From the NCBI GenBank assembly GCA_021325135.1, contig JAJPHT010000003.1, positions 1-62,062 on the forward strand: a stretch of 62,062 bases of DNA, given 5' to 3'. This stretch comes from Pseudomonadota bacterium (GTDB lineage Archaea; Thermoplasmatota; SW-10-69-26; JACQPN01; JAJPHT01). Under the pieces are notes generated by a model. It did not search any database. It worked only from the letters and a program-made list of their open reading frames with translations, and had not been told where the DNA came from. Both the position numbers and the translations under genes were made by a program. Shown here in pieces: positions 54,743 to 62,062 of the stretch (its first letter is position 1; each line of letters starts with the position of its first letter).

Positions 54743-55936
54743 ATGCTCGTCGGCCTCGTGGGCAAGCCCAACGTGGGCAAGTCCACCTTCTTCTCCGCGT
54801 CCACCAAGGCCCCCGCGGAGATCGCCAACTACCCCTTCACCACCATCGCCCCCAACCGCGGCGTGGCCTACCTCCGCGCGCCCTGCCCCCACGTCGCCCT
54901 GGGCCTCGCGGCCTGCACGCCCCGCACCGGCAAGTGCGCCGAGGGCACGCGCTGGATCCCCGCCGAGGTGCTCGACGTCGCGGGCCTCGTCCCCGACGCG
55001 CACGCCGGCAAGGGCATGGGCAACAAGTTCCTCGACGACCTGCGCGCGGCGGACGTGCTGATCCACGTCGTGGACGCCTCCGGCTCCACCGACAGCGAGG
55101 GCAACCCCGTCCCCGCCCACTCCCACGACCCCGCCAAGGACGTCGAGTTCCTCACCCGCGAGCTGGACGCCTGGATCGGCGGCATCCTGGGCAAGGACTT
55201 CGCCGCCACCGCCCGCGGCATCACCATGAAGAACGCCAAGCCCGAGGTCGTCCTCGCGGAGCGCCTCACGGGGCTGGGCGTCAAGGAGCACGACCTCGCC
55301 AAGGCCATCGCGAAGTCGGAGATGCCCCCCGTCGTCACCAAGTGGACCGACGAGGACCTCATCCGCCTCGGGGGCGAGATCCGCCGCCAGAGCAAGCCCA
55401 TCCTCCTCGCCCTCAACAAGGCTGACAGCGCGGACCCTGCCACCGTGAAGCGCCTCCAGGGCCTTGGCCTCACCGCCGTCCCCACCAGCGCCTCCAGCGA
55501 GCTGGCCCTCCGCAAGGCCGCCGACGCGGGCGTCGTCCGCTACGAGCCGGGCGACGCGGACTTCACCCTCGTGGACGAGTCCAAGCTCAACGCCGCCCAG
55601 AAGAAGGGCCTGGAGCAGATCCGCGAGAAGGTCATGCGCCCCTTCGGCGGCACCGGCGTCCAGAAGCTCCTGGAGGAGGCCGTCTACCGCTTCCTCGACC
55701 GCGTCGTCGTCTACCCCGTCGAGGACGAGACGCACTTCACCGACAAGGAGGGGCGCGTGCTCCCCGACGCGCACCTCCTCAAGCGCGGCGCCACCGCCCG
55801 CGACCTCGCGTACAAGGTCCACACCGACCTGGGCGAGCACTTCATCCGCGGCGTCAACGCGCGCACGAAGCGCGTCGTGGGGGCCGAGTATGAAGTGCAG
55901 GACGGGGACGTGATCCGGATCGTCGCGGGGAAGTGA
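54743..55936 (+). CDS. ychF: YchF/Obg-family ATPase, archaeal type
   Basis: GLVGKPNVGKST, NYPFTT, DVAGLV, GMGNKFLDDLR, NKAD, C-terminal TGS domain. Confidence 0.95.
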   Translation: MLVGLVGKPNVGKSTFFSASTKAPAEIANYPFTTIAPNRGVAYLRAPCPHVALGLAACTPRTGKCAEGTRWIPAEVLDVAGLVPDAHAGKGMGNKFLDDLRAADVLIHVVDASGSTDSEGNPVPAHSHDPAKDVEFLTRELDAWIGGILGKDFAATARGITMKNAKPEVVLAERLTGLGVKEHDLAKAIAKSEMPPVVTKWTDEDLIRLGGEIRRQSKPILLALNKADSADPATVKRLQGLGLTAVPTSASSELALRKAADAGVVRYEPGDADFTLVDESKLNAAQKKGLEQIREKVMRPFGGTGVQKLLEEAVYRFLDRVVVYPVEDETHFTDKEGRVLPDAHLLKRGATARDLAYKVHTDLGEHFIRGVNARTKRVVGAEYEVQDGDVIRIVAGK

Positions 55937-56012
55937 TATCTCCCGAGGGCTCCGCTCCACCGCGGCGAAGGAAGCGCGCGGTTGAAGCGGGGTCCGCGCG
56001 GTGCGAGCCCCC

Positions 56013-56876
56013 ATGGCGGAGGCGCGACCCCTTGGAGCTCCGGGCACCGCCGCCCTCGCCTTCGTCCTCCTCTCCTTCGCGCTCAACAGCGTCGTCACGC
56101 GCCTCGTGGTGGGCGGCGGTCTCCTGGACCCGGGCCTGGCCACCGTCGCGCGCTTCGTCGCGGGCGCGCTCATGCTGGCCCTCGTGGCGCTCGCCCGCGG
56201 CAGGCCCCGCGACGCGCGGCCGGGGCGGCGCAGCGTGGCGCCCGCGCTGTGGCTGGGCGCCTACGCGCTGCTCATCTCCTATGGATACGCGCACATCGGC
56301 GCGGCGGCGGGGACGTTCGTCTTCTACGCGCTGGTCCTCGCCACCATGACCGCGGGCGGCGCGCTCATGGACCGCAAGGCGCCGCCGTGGCGCGCGATCG
56401 CGGGCGGCCTCCTCGCGCTCGCGGGCGTTGGCGTCCTCGCGCTGGGGCGCCTCGCGGGCACGACGCCCCTGGGCGTGGCGCTGCTGGCGGGCACGGGCGT
56501 CGCGTGGGGCGCGTACAGCCTGCACGGGCGCCGGCAGCCCGACGCGTTCGCGTTCAGCGCCGGCAACTTCGCGCTCCTCGCCCTGGCGCTCCTGCCGCTG
56601 GGCGGCGCGCTCCTGGCCGCGGGCGCCGCGTGGACCGCGCGCGGGGCGCTGCTGGCCATCGCCATGGGCGCGCTCACCACCGCGCTGGCCTACGTCGCGT
56701 GGTACCGCCTGCTGCCCGCGATCCCGTCCGCCCAGGCCGCGACCTACCAGATGCTCATCCCGGTGCTCGCCGCGGGGATCGCCGTCGCCGCGCTGGGGGA
56801 GCCGCTCTCGTGGCGCTTCGCCCTGGCCGCCGCGCTGGTGCTGGGCGGCATGGCGCTGGCGGGCCTCAGGAGATGA
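56013..56876 (+). CDS. DMT/EamA family transporter
   Basis: Ten TM segments; AQAATYQMLIPVLA...LGEPLS. Confidence 0.9.
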   Translation: MAEARPLGAPGTAALAFVLLSFALNSVVTRLVVGGGLLDPGLATVARFVAGALMLALVALARGRPRDARPGRRSVAPALWLGAYALLISYGYAHIGAAAGTFVFYALVLATMTAGGALMDRKAPPWRAIAGGLLALAGVGVLALGRLAGTTPLGVALLAGTGVAWGAYSLHGRRQPDAFAFSAGNFALLALALLPLGGALLAAGAAWTARGALLAIAMGALTTALAYVAWYRLLPAIPSAQAATYQMLIPVLAAGIAVAALGEPLSWRFALAAALVLGGMALAGLRR

Positions 56877-57267
56877 GGCGCGGGGCGCTTCGCGCAAGGA
56901 GCCGGTCGAGGAAGATGGCCAGCTCGCCGCGCGCGATGGGCTTCTGGAGGAAGCGGTGCGGCCGCGCCAGCTCCACCTTGCGCGCGGGGAGCGTCGCCTC
57001 GCGGAAGCCGCTGGCGAGCACGCGCAGCCCGTCCGGGTGGCGGCGCCGCGCGGCGGCAAGCAGGTCGAGGCCGTCCAGGTGGGGCATGCGGTAGTCCGCG
57101 ACGACGAGGTCGAAGGTCGTCTCGGCGAGGAGGCGCGCCGCCGCGCGGCTGTCGTCCATGGTCGTCACCGAGAGGCGCGCCGAGCGGCAGCCCGCCGCCG
57201 CGCCCTCGAAGAGGGGGAAGATCTCCTGCACGTCGTCCACGACGAGCATGCGCGCCCGCGGGGTCAT
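56866..57267 (-). CDS. Stand-alone response regulator receiver
   Basis: LVVDD, FDLVVADYRMPHLDGLDLL, LASG, FLQKP. Confidence 0.92.
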   Translation of the reverse strand: MTPRARMLVVDDVQEIFPLFEGAAAGCRSARLSVTTMDDSRAAARLLAETTFDLVVADYRMPHLDGLDLLAAARRRHPDGLRVLASGFREATLPARKVELARPHRFLQKPIARGELAIFLDRLLARSAPRLIS

Positions 57268-57278
57268 CGCGGACGCTC

Positions 57279-57914
57279 TTAGACGGCCTTCCCTTCAACC
57301 TGCGGCGCGGAGGACGTGGGGGCGCTCTCCGCTGGAGCGTCGTGTGAATCGTCGCCCTTGGCGCCCAGCATGACGTAGAGCTTGGGCGTGGCGACGAGGC
57401 CGCGAGGGTCGTGGGGCGTGCCGCGCTGCACCATGCCCGCGTCCAGGAGGCGCTTCGCGTGGTAGTAGACGACGCGCTGCGAGAGGCCCGTGCGCGCGAT
57501 GAGCTCCGCGACGGTGAGGCGCGGGTGCTCGACGATGGTGAGCGCGAGGCGGCGGCTCGTCTCCTCGTGGAGAAGGGCGCGGTCCTCGGGCGACTCGTCC
57601 AGCGGCGCGGGGTAGGGGTAGACCAGGCGCCGGCGGCCCGCGCGGCGCGTGTCGACGAGCTTCGCCGCGGAGAGGACCTGGAGATGGTGGATGAGGCCCC
57701 CCAGCGTCATGCCGGCGCGGCGCGCGAGGTCGCGCACCGTGATGCCGGGGTGCTTGAGGACGAGGTGGTAGACCTGCATCCTCAGGGGAGAGTGGAGGGC
57801 GGGGGGCGCGTCCCCCTGGCGGATCAGGCCCAGGAGGGCGACCGGGACGAGGCCGCGGAGGGTCCCTTCAAGGAGTTCCTGACGCCAATCCACGGTCGCA
57901 CCCTGGGGGTGCAC
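57279..57914 (-). CDS. Tandem winged-helix (ArsR/COG3398-like) transcription regulator
   Basis: HPGITVRDLARRAGMTLGGLIHHLQVL and HPRLTVAELIARTGLSQRVVYYHAKRL. Confidence 0.88.
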   Translation of the reverse strand: MHPQGATVDWRQELLEGTLRGLVPVALLGLIRQGDAPPALHSPLRMQVYHLVLKHPGITVRDLARRAGMTLGGLIHHLQVLSAAKLVDTRRAGRRRLVYPYPAPLDESPEDRALLHEETSRRLALTIVEHPRLTVAELIARTGLSQRVVYYHAKRLLDAGMVQRGTPHDPRGLVATPKLYVMLGAKGDDSHDAPAESAPTSSAPQVEGKAV

Positions 57915-57917
57915 GCC

Positions 57918-58112
57918 TCAGGCGTTGTTTGAGCCTTGCCCTGCTGTCGGGCACTCATAGACGTCCAGGGGGTGCGAGGGGTCGGGGTTGACGCTTACAC
58001 AGGAGGCGTCTCCGGCCGCGGGGGGCGAGGACGGGAGGGCCACCTCCGCGAGGGCTCCGGGGAGCGCGAGTCCGATCATCAGGCAAGTCAGGAGGGCAGT
58101 TGTTCTCAACAT
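57918..58112 (-). CDS. Small secreted peptide with one disulfide loop (putative signal precursor)
   Basis: Signal peptide ending ALA; SCVSVNPDPSHPLDVYEC. Confidence 0.7.
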   Translation of the reverse strand: MLRTTALLTCLMIGLALPGALAEVALPSSPPAAGDASCVSVNPDPSHPLDVYECPTAGQGSNNA

Positions 58113-58290
58113 GGTGGAGACCACCGGCGCGTGCTCGTCGCCGGCATCCTTCAGGGCGTCGCGCAGGGCCCCTTCGCGAATTCACAGCATCCGACGGGAG
58201 GCCTCGAACGCGTCAGGAAGGGGTGGGGGCACCCCATCGGGTGCTTACAGTGTCAGAAAACAGAAACGATCGCTCCGGATTCGGCGGGGC

Positions 58291-59730
58291 GTGAAGGCCG
58301 TCGCGATCCTGCTGGGGGCGCTCCTCGCCCTTCCGGGCGCGTGGGCGGCCCCGGCGCAGGGGGTCCTCCACCTGGCGGGCCCCGCGACCTTCCAGGCGCC
58401 CAGCGTCCACTCGGGCGGCGCCCTCACGGCCTACTGCGGCAGCACGGGCGGGGTCGGCTCCTTTATCCTGCGCGCCTCGCGCGTCCACGTCGACGCCTAC
58501 GAGGCCGACTACGTGGACGCGCAGACGCCCGTCGCGGACCACGTGAACTACCGCACGGGCCTCCAGCACGCCTCCTACGACCTCACCGACGTCACGGCGA
58601 CCCTCTCGGGGGACCCCGCGCCGGGCTGGCTGGGCGTGGACCTCTTCGAGGGCGGAAGCCTCCTGGCCAACGCGACGGCGGGCGCCTCCCTCGCGCAGGA
58701 GGACGGCATCCTGGGCAACGGCCCCACCGGCGACAACCCCGAGGCGCCCGCCTACGCGCACCGCGTGGACGGCGGGCTCGTCCTGGGCTCCGTCGCCTCG
58801 TGGGAGTACGCCGGGAAGGGCTCCGTCAAGGTGAGCGGCCTCTCGCTGGACCTGCGCGCGCGGGAGAACGAGACGGTCCTCGCCACGGGCTGGTCGCGGG
58901 GGGAAGGCCCCGTCGCGACGCTCGCCCAGCGCTGGGCCCTCCTCGCCTTCCCCGCGGGCTCCCTCTCCCTCGCCAGCGCCCTGCCCTGCTCGGTCGCGCT
59001 GCGCTCCGACGCCGCGCGCTGGACCGGGGAGGCTGTGCTCACCGGCGCGTCGGGCGTCCTGGACGTCGGCGGCCGCTCCTACGAGGCACAAGGGGGTCCC
59101 GCGACGGTGGCCGGGGCGCTGCACGCCGACGCGACTCCCGCTGGGCAGGGCATGGACCTCCGCCTGGAGGGCGACGTGCAGACGACGAGCCTCGCCTCGG
59201 CGAACGTCCCCACCTCGGCGACGGGCCTCGTCGTGTGGCCGTGGATCGCCCTGGCCGCGCTGGCCGTCACGGGCGGGGGCGCCCTCGCGCTCCTGCGGCC
59301 GCGAAAGCGGGAGGGCCTCGCGCTGGGGGCCGAGGAGCTGGCCGCGCTGGCGGAGATCGCGGCGGAGTCCGACCAGTTCGACGACGCCCTCGCGTGGAAC
59401 GCCCGCGCGCGCGACGCCTCGCGCACGAGCGCCCGCCTCTGGCTCGACGAAGGCTACTACCTGGAGCGGCTGGGCCGCACCGACGAGGCGTTCGCGGCCT
59501 ACCGCACGGCGGCGGAGCTGGGCGCGCCGGGCGACGCGCGCCTCTGCGAGGCGCGGCTGCTCCTCAAGCTCGGCTCCCACTCCGACGCCGAGTCGAGCCT
59601 CATCGAGGCGCTGCGCGCCTCGCCCGCCAGCGTCCTGGAGGCGGAGAGCCCCGACTTCGCGCCCCTCGCGCGCCGGCCGCGCGTCCGCGCCGCCATGGAC
59701 GAGGCGCGGCGCATCATGGAGCGCGGCTGA
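58291..59730 (+). CDS. Single-pass membrane protein with extracellular beta domain and cytoplasmic TPR (putative receptor)
   Basis: Signal peptide; [24 protein letters not shown] followed by RPRKR; [25 protein letters not shown]; homologous to 4875-6473. Confidence 0.8.
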   Translation: MKAVAILLGALLALPGAWAAPAQGVLHLAGPATFQAPSVHSGGALTAYCGSTGGVGSFILRASRVHVDAYEADYVDAQTPVADHVNYRTGLQHASYDLTDVTATLSGDPAPGWLGVDLFEGGSLLANATAGASLAQEDGILGNGPTGDNPEAPAYAHRVDGGLVLGSVASWEYAGKGSVKVSGLSLDLRARENETVLATGWSRGEGPVATLAQRWALLAFPAGSLSLASALPCSVALRSDAARWTGEAVLTGASGVLDVGGRSYEAQGGPATVAGALHADATPAGQGMDLRLEGDVQTTSLASANVPTSATGLVVWPWIALAALAVTGGGALALLRPRKREGLALGAEELAALAEIAAESDQFDDALAWNARARDASRTSARLWLDEGYYLERLGRTDEAFAAYRTAAELGAPGDARLCEARLLLKLGSHSDAESSLIEALRASPASVLEAESPDFAPLARRPRVRAAMDEARRIMERG

Positions 59731-61000
59731 TATCAAACGCGCGCAGGCACTCGCGCGCGGCGCGCTGCCCCTCGCGCAGCGCGCCCTCCATGGTGCCCGG
59801 GTAGCTGCGGCTCGTGGCGTCGCCCGCGAAGAAGAGGCGATCCTCCACGGGCTCCGCCAGCGCGTCGTGGTCCTCGACGGAGGCGCCCAGGGGGACGTGC
59901 ACGTAGGAGCCGCGCGAGAAGGGGTCGCGGTCCCAGCGCGTCACGAGGGAATCCACGGGGTCGGGCGCGTCGGGGACCATGCGGCGCAGCAGGCGCATGG
60001 CGCGCGCGACGGCCTTGGCGTCGTCGTCCGACTCGTCCTCCCGCGAGCGCAGGGTCTTCGTGAGCAGCGCAAGGACGGGCTCCCCCAGCGCGGGCGCGAG
60101 GCTCACGAACTCGGCGCGCGGCTCGTCCAGGATGCCGAAGCGCCGCGCGTCGGGCCACGCGACGCGGGGAAACCGCATGACGACCTTGTCCATGAGGCTC
60201 ACACCCAGGCGCGCGAGGGCCTCGCGCTTGCGCGCGGGCAGGGGCGGGTCGAAGGCGACGTCGCCCGCCTGGAGGACGCCCAGGGGGAGCGTGACGATGG
60301 CGCGCGGGGCGCGGAAGGTCCCGCGGTCCGCCTCCACGACGACGCCCTGCCGGCCGTGGCGCACGCGGAGGACGCGCACGCCGAGGCGCACGTCGAGCCC
60401 TTCGCGCATCCGCTCCACGACGCGGTCGAGACCGCCCGTCGCCAGCGCGTCGTCGCCGGGCATGTCCTCCTCCTGGCCGTAGGCCGCGAGGGAGAGGCGG
60501 TCCGCGTCCGCGCCCTGGAACATGCCCAGCTGCATCTCGCCCCACCAGCGCAGCGCGGCGCGCATCTCGCCCGTCTCGCCGCGCTCGTCGAGCACGCGCT
60601 CCAGCGCGTCGGCCTGGTCGTCGGCGGGGCTCGCGTCGCGCTGCATCTCCTGGAGGCGGCGCGCGACCTCGCCGAAGCGCCGCGCCGCCTCGCGCACGCG
60701 CTCCTCGGGCCAGCGATGCCCGTCGGCCGTGAAGAGCGCGCCCTCCTTCCAGTCCCACGGCGCGGCCTCGCCGCCGACCTCGCGGAGGCGGTCCGCCAGG
60801 GGATTGCGCGACGCGCCGCCCAGCCACGCGGCGCCAAGCTCCACGGGGAAGCCCCACGCGCGGCGCGTGAGGACGCGGCCGCCGACGCGCTCCCGCGCCT
60901 CCAGGAGCGCCACTCGCACGCCCGCGTCGGCCAGCGCCCGCGCCGCGGAGAGGCCCGCGATGCCCGCCCCCACGACGAGGACCTGCGCGTCGTCCGCCAT
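59714..61000 (-). CDS. Flavin-containing amine oxidase
   Basis: [54 protein letters not shown]. Confidence 0.93.
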   Translation of the reverse strand: MADDAQVLVVGAGIAGLSAARALADAGVRVALLEARERVGGRVLTRRAWGFPVELGAAWLGGASRNPLADRLREVGGEAAPWDWKEGALFTADGHRWPEERVREAARRFGEVARRLQEMQRDASPADDQADALERVLDERGETGEMRAALRWWGEMQLGMFQGADADRLSLAAYGQEEDMPGDDALATGGLDRVVERMREGLDVRLGVRVLRVRHGRQGVVVEADRGTFRAPRAIVTLPLGVLQAGDVAFDPPLPARKREALARLGVSLMDKVVMRFPRVAWPDARRFGILDEPRAEFVSLAPALGEPVLALLTKTLRSREDESDDDAKAVARAMRLLRRMVPDAPDPVDSLVTRWDRDPFSRGSYVHVPLGASVEDHDALAEPVEDRLFFAGDATSRSYPGTMEGALREGQRAARECLRAFDISRAP

Positions 61001-61096
61001 GCCCCGCAGGTCGGAGCGCGCAAGGATGAGCATGGCGCCTCGGCGATTGGGGAAAACGCTGATCCGTCCTGCGGCGCTCGTGACCTGGAGGCTGTC

Positions 61097-61801
61097 ATGC
61101 GCGCGCTCGCCCTCCTTCTCGCCCTGCCCTTCGTCCTGGCCCCGATGCCGGCCACGGCCCAGGCGGTCCACCCCGTCGCCGTCGTGGACTTCGCCTTCGC
61201 CCCCGGCCTCGTCACCGTGGACCCCGGCGACACGGTCCAGTGGCGGAACCAGGGGAGCGCCGCGCACACCGTCACCGCCGACGACGGCTCGTGGGGCTCG
61301 GGCGTCCTGGGGCCTGGCGCCACCTACTCGCTCGTCCCCGCCTCGCCCGGCGTCGTCGCGTACCACTGCGCGATCCACGCCAGCATGCACGGCACGATCC
61401 TCGTCCGCGACCCCACGCTGCCCGACCTGGCCGTCGCCGCGCTGGCGGTCCTCCCCGGCGACCTGCCCACGGAGAAGACGATCCAGTACGCGGTCTCCAA
61501 CGACGGGGGCGCCCCGGCGGGCCCCTCCGTGCTGCGCCTCACCTACTCGGACGCGCGTGGCGAGCATCCCCTGGCGGAGGTGCAGGCGCCCGCCCTGGCC
61601 CCGGGCGACCGCTTCGAGGGCTCCCTGGCCTGGGACGGCACGGGGGACGTGGGCGACCTCACCCTCCACGCCCTGGCCGACGCCGGGGGCGCCGTCGCCG
61701 AGGGCCCCGCCGAGGGGAACAACGCCGCCAGCGCCACCGCGACCTTCCTGGCGTCCACCGGGGGCACGGGGATCGCCGTCCTTCCCCTCCTGGGAAGCTA
61801 G
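61097..61801 (+). CDS. Secreted blue copper (plastocyanin/amicyanin-like) protein with CARDB domain
   Basis: HTVT and YHCAIHASM type-1 copper ligands; PDLAV...VSNDGG...ADAGGAVAE...NN CARDB pattern. Confidence 0.88.
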   Translation: MRALALLLALPFVLAPMPATAQAVHPVAVVDFAFAPGLVTVDPGDTVQWRNQGSAAHTVTADDGSWGSGVLGPGATYSLVPASPGVVAYHCAIHASMHGTILVRDPTLPDLAVAALAVLPGDLPTEKTIQYAVSNDGGAPAGPSVLRLTYSDARGEHPLAEVQAPALAPGDRFEGSLAWDGTGDVGDLTLHALADAGGAVAEGPAEGNNAASATATFLASTGGTGIAVLPLLGS

Positions 61802-61916
61802 GGGCCGTACCCATGACTACTTAAGCGATGGCGTAGTGGCATCATTGATCCGAGTTCGTACCTGACCCTCACCGGGGCCAAGTAGTCAGAATCCAGGGTC
61901 AGGAAAGTAGAATCCG

Positions 61917-62062
61917 ATGTACGGTAACAACCGTGGCCCCTCCGGCCCCCGCGAGATGCACAACGCCGTCTGCAGCGACTGCGGCAAGCAGACCCAGGTC
62001 CCCTTCAAGCCGACCGAGGGCCGCCCCGTCTACTGCCGCGACTGCTTCCAGAAGCACGCGCC
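61917..62062 (+). CDS. CxxC-x17-CxxC domain protein (3' truncated)
   Basis: REMHNAVCSDCGKQTQVPFKPTEGRPVYCRDCF. Confidence 0.92.
   Translation, partial: MYGNNRGPSGPREMHNAVCSDCGKQTQVPFKPTEGRPVYCRDCFQKHA

Overview
High-GC archaeal chromosome segment. It carries ribosomal protein eS1/S3Ae, a methanogen-type SerRS and an archaeal YchF; the gene set fits an uncultured Thermoplasmatota-like host, which is an inference. Positions ~458-26436 are an integrated ~26 kb element with the hallmarks of a spindle-shaped (fusellovirus/halspivirus-like) provirus: a tyrosine integrase, a small two-helix hydrophobic capsid-like protein, three large membrane-anchored glycoproteins and a P-loop ATPase. The element also shows an oriented ACTAGATC motif repeated nine times, imperfect terminal inverted repeats and no recognisable replication gene. 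It carries a module that recurs independently on the host side at 56.9-59.7 kb: a single-pass receptor-like protein (extracellular domain, TM helix, cytoplasmic TPR), a divergently encoded secreted disulfide-loop peptide, and a tandem winged-helix regulator. This is my best candidate for an undescribed archaeal peptide-signalling system. The host side also contains a minimal class V-like lanthipeptide cluster (precursor, kinase, HopA1-type lyase, stand-alone LanC), five tandem secreted Cys-rich mini-proteins beside an RND/MMPL exporter, a six-gene operon of secreted Cys-rich proteins with a caspase-like domain, a collagen-like protein and housekeeping genes. No tRNA, rRNA or CRISPR array was seen. 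All family assignments come from motif recognition by eye; no searches were run.
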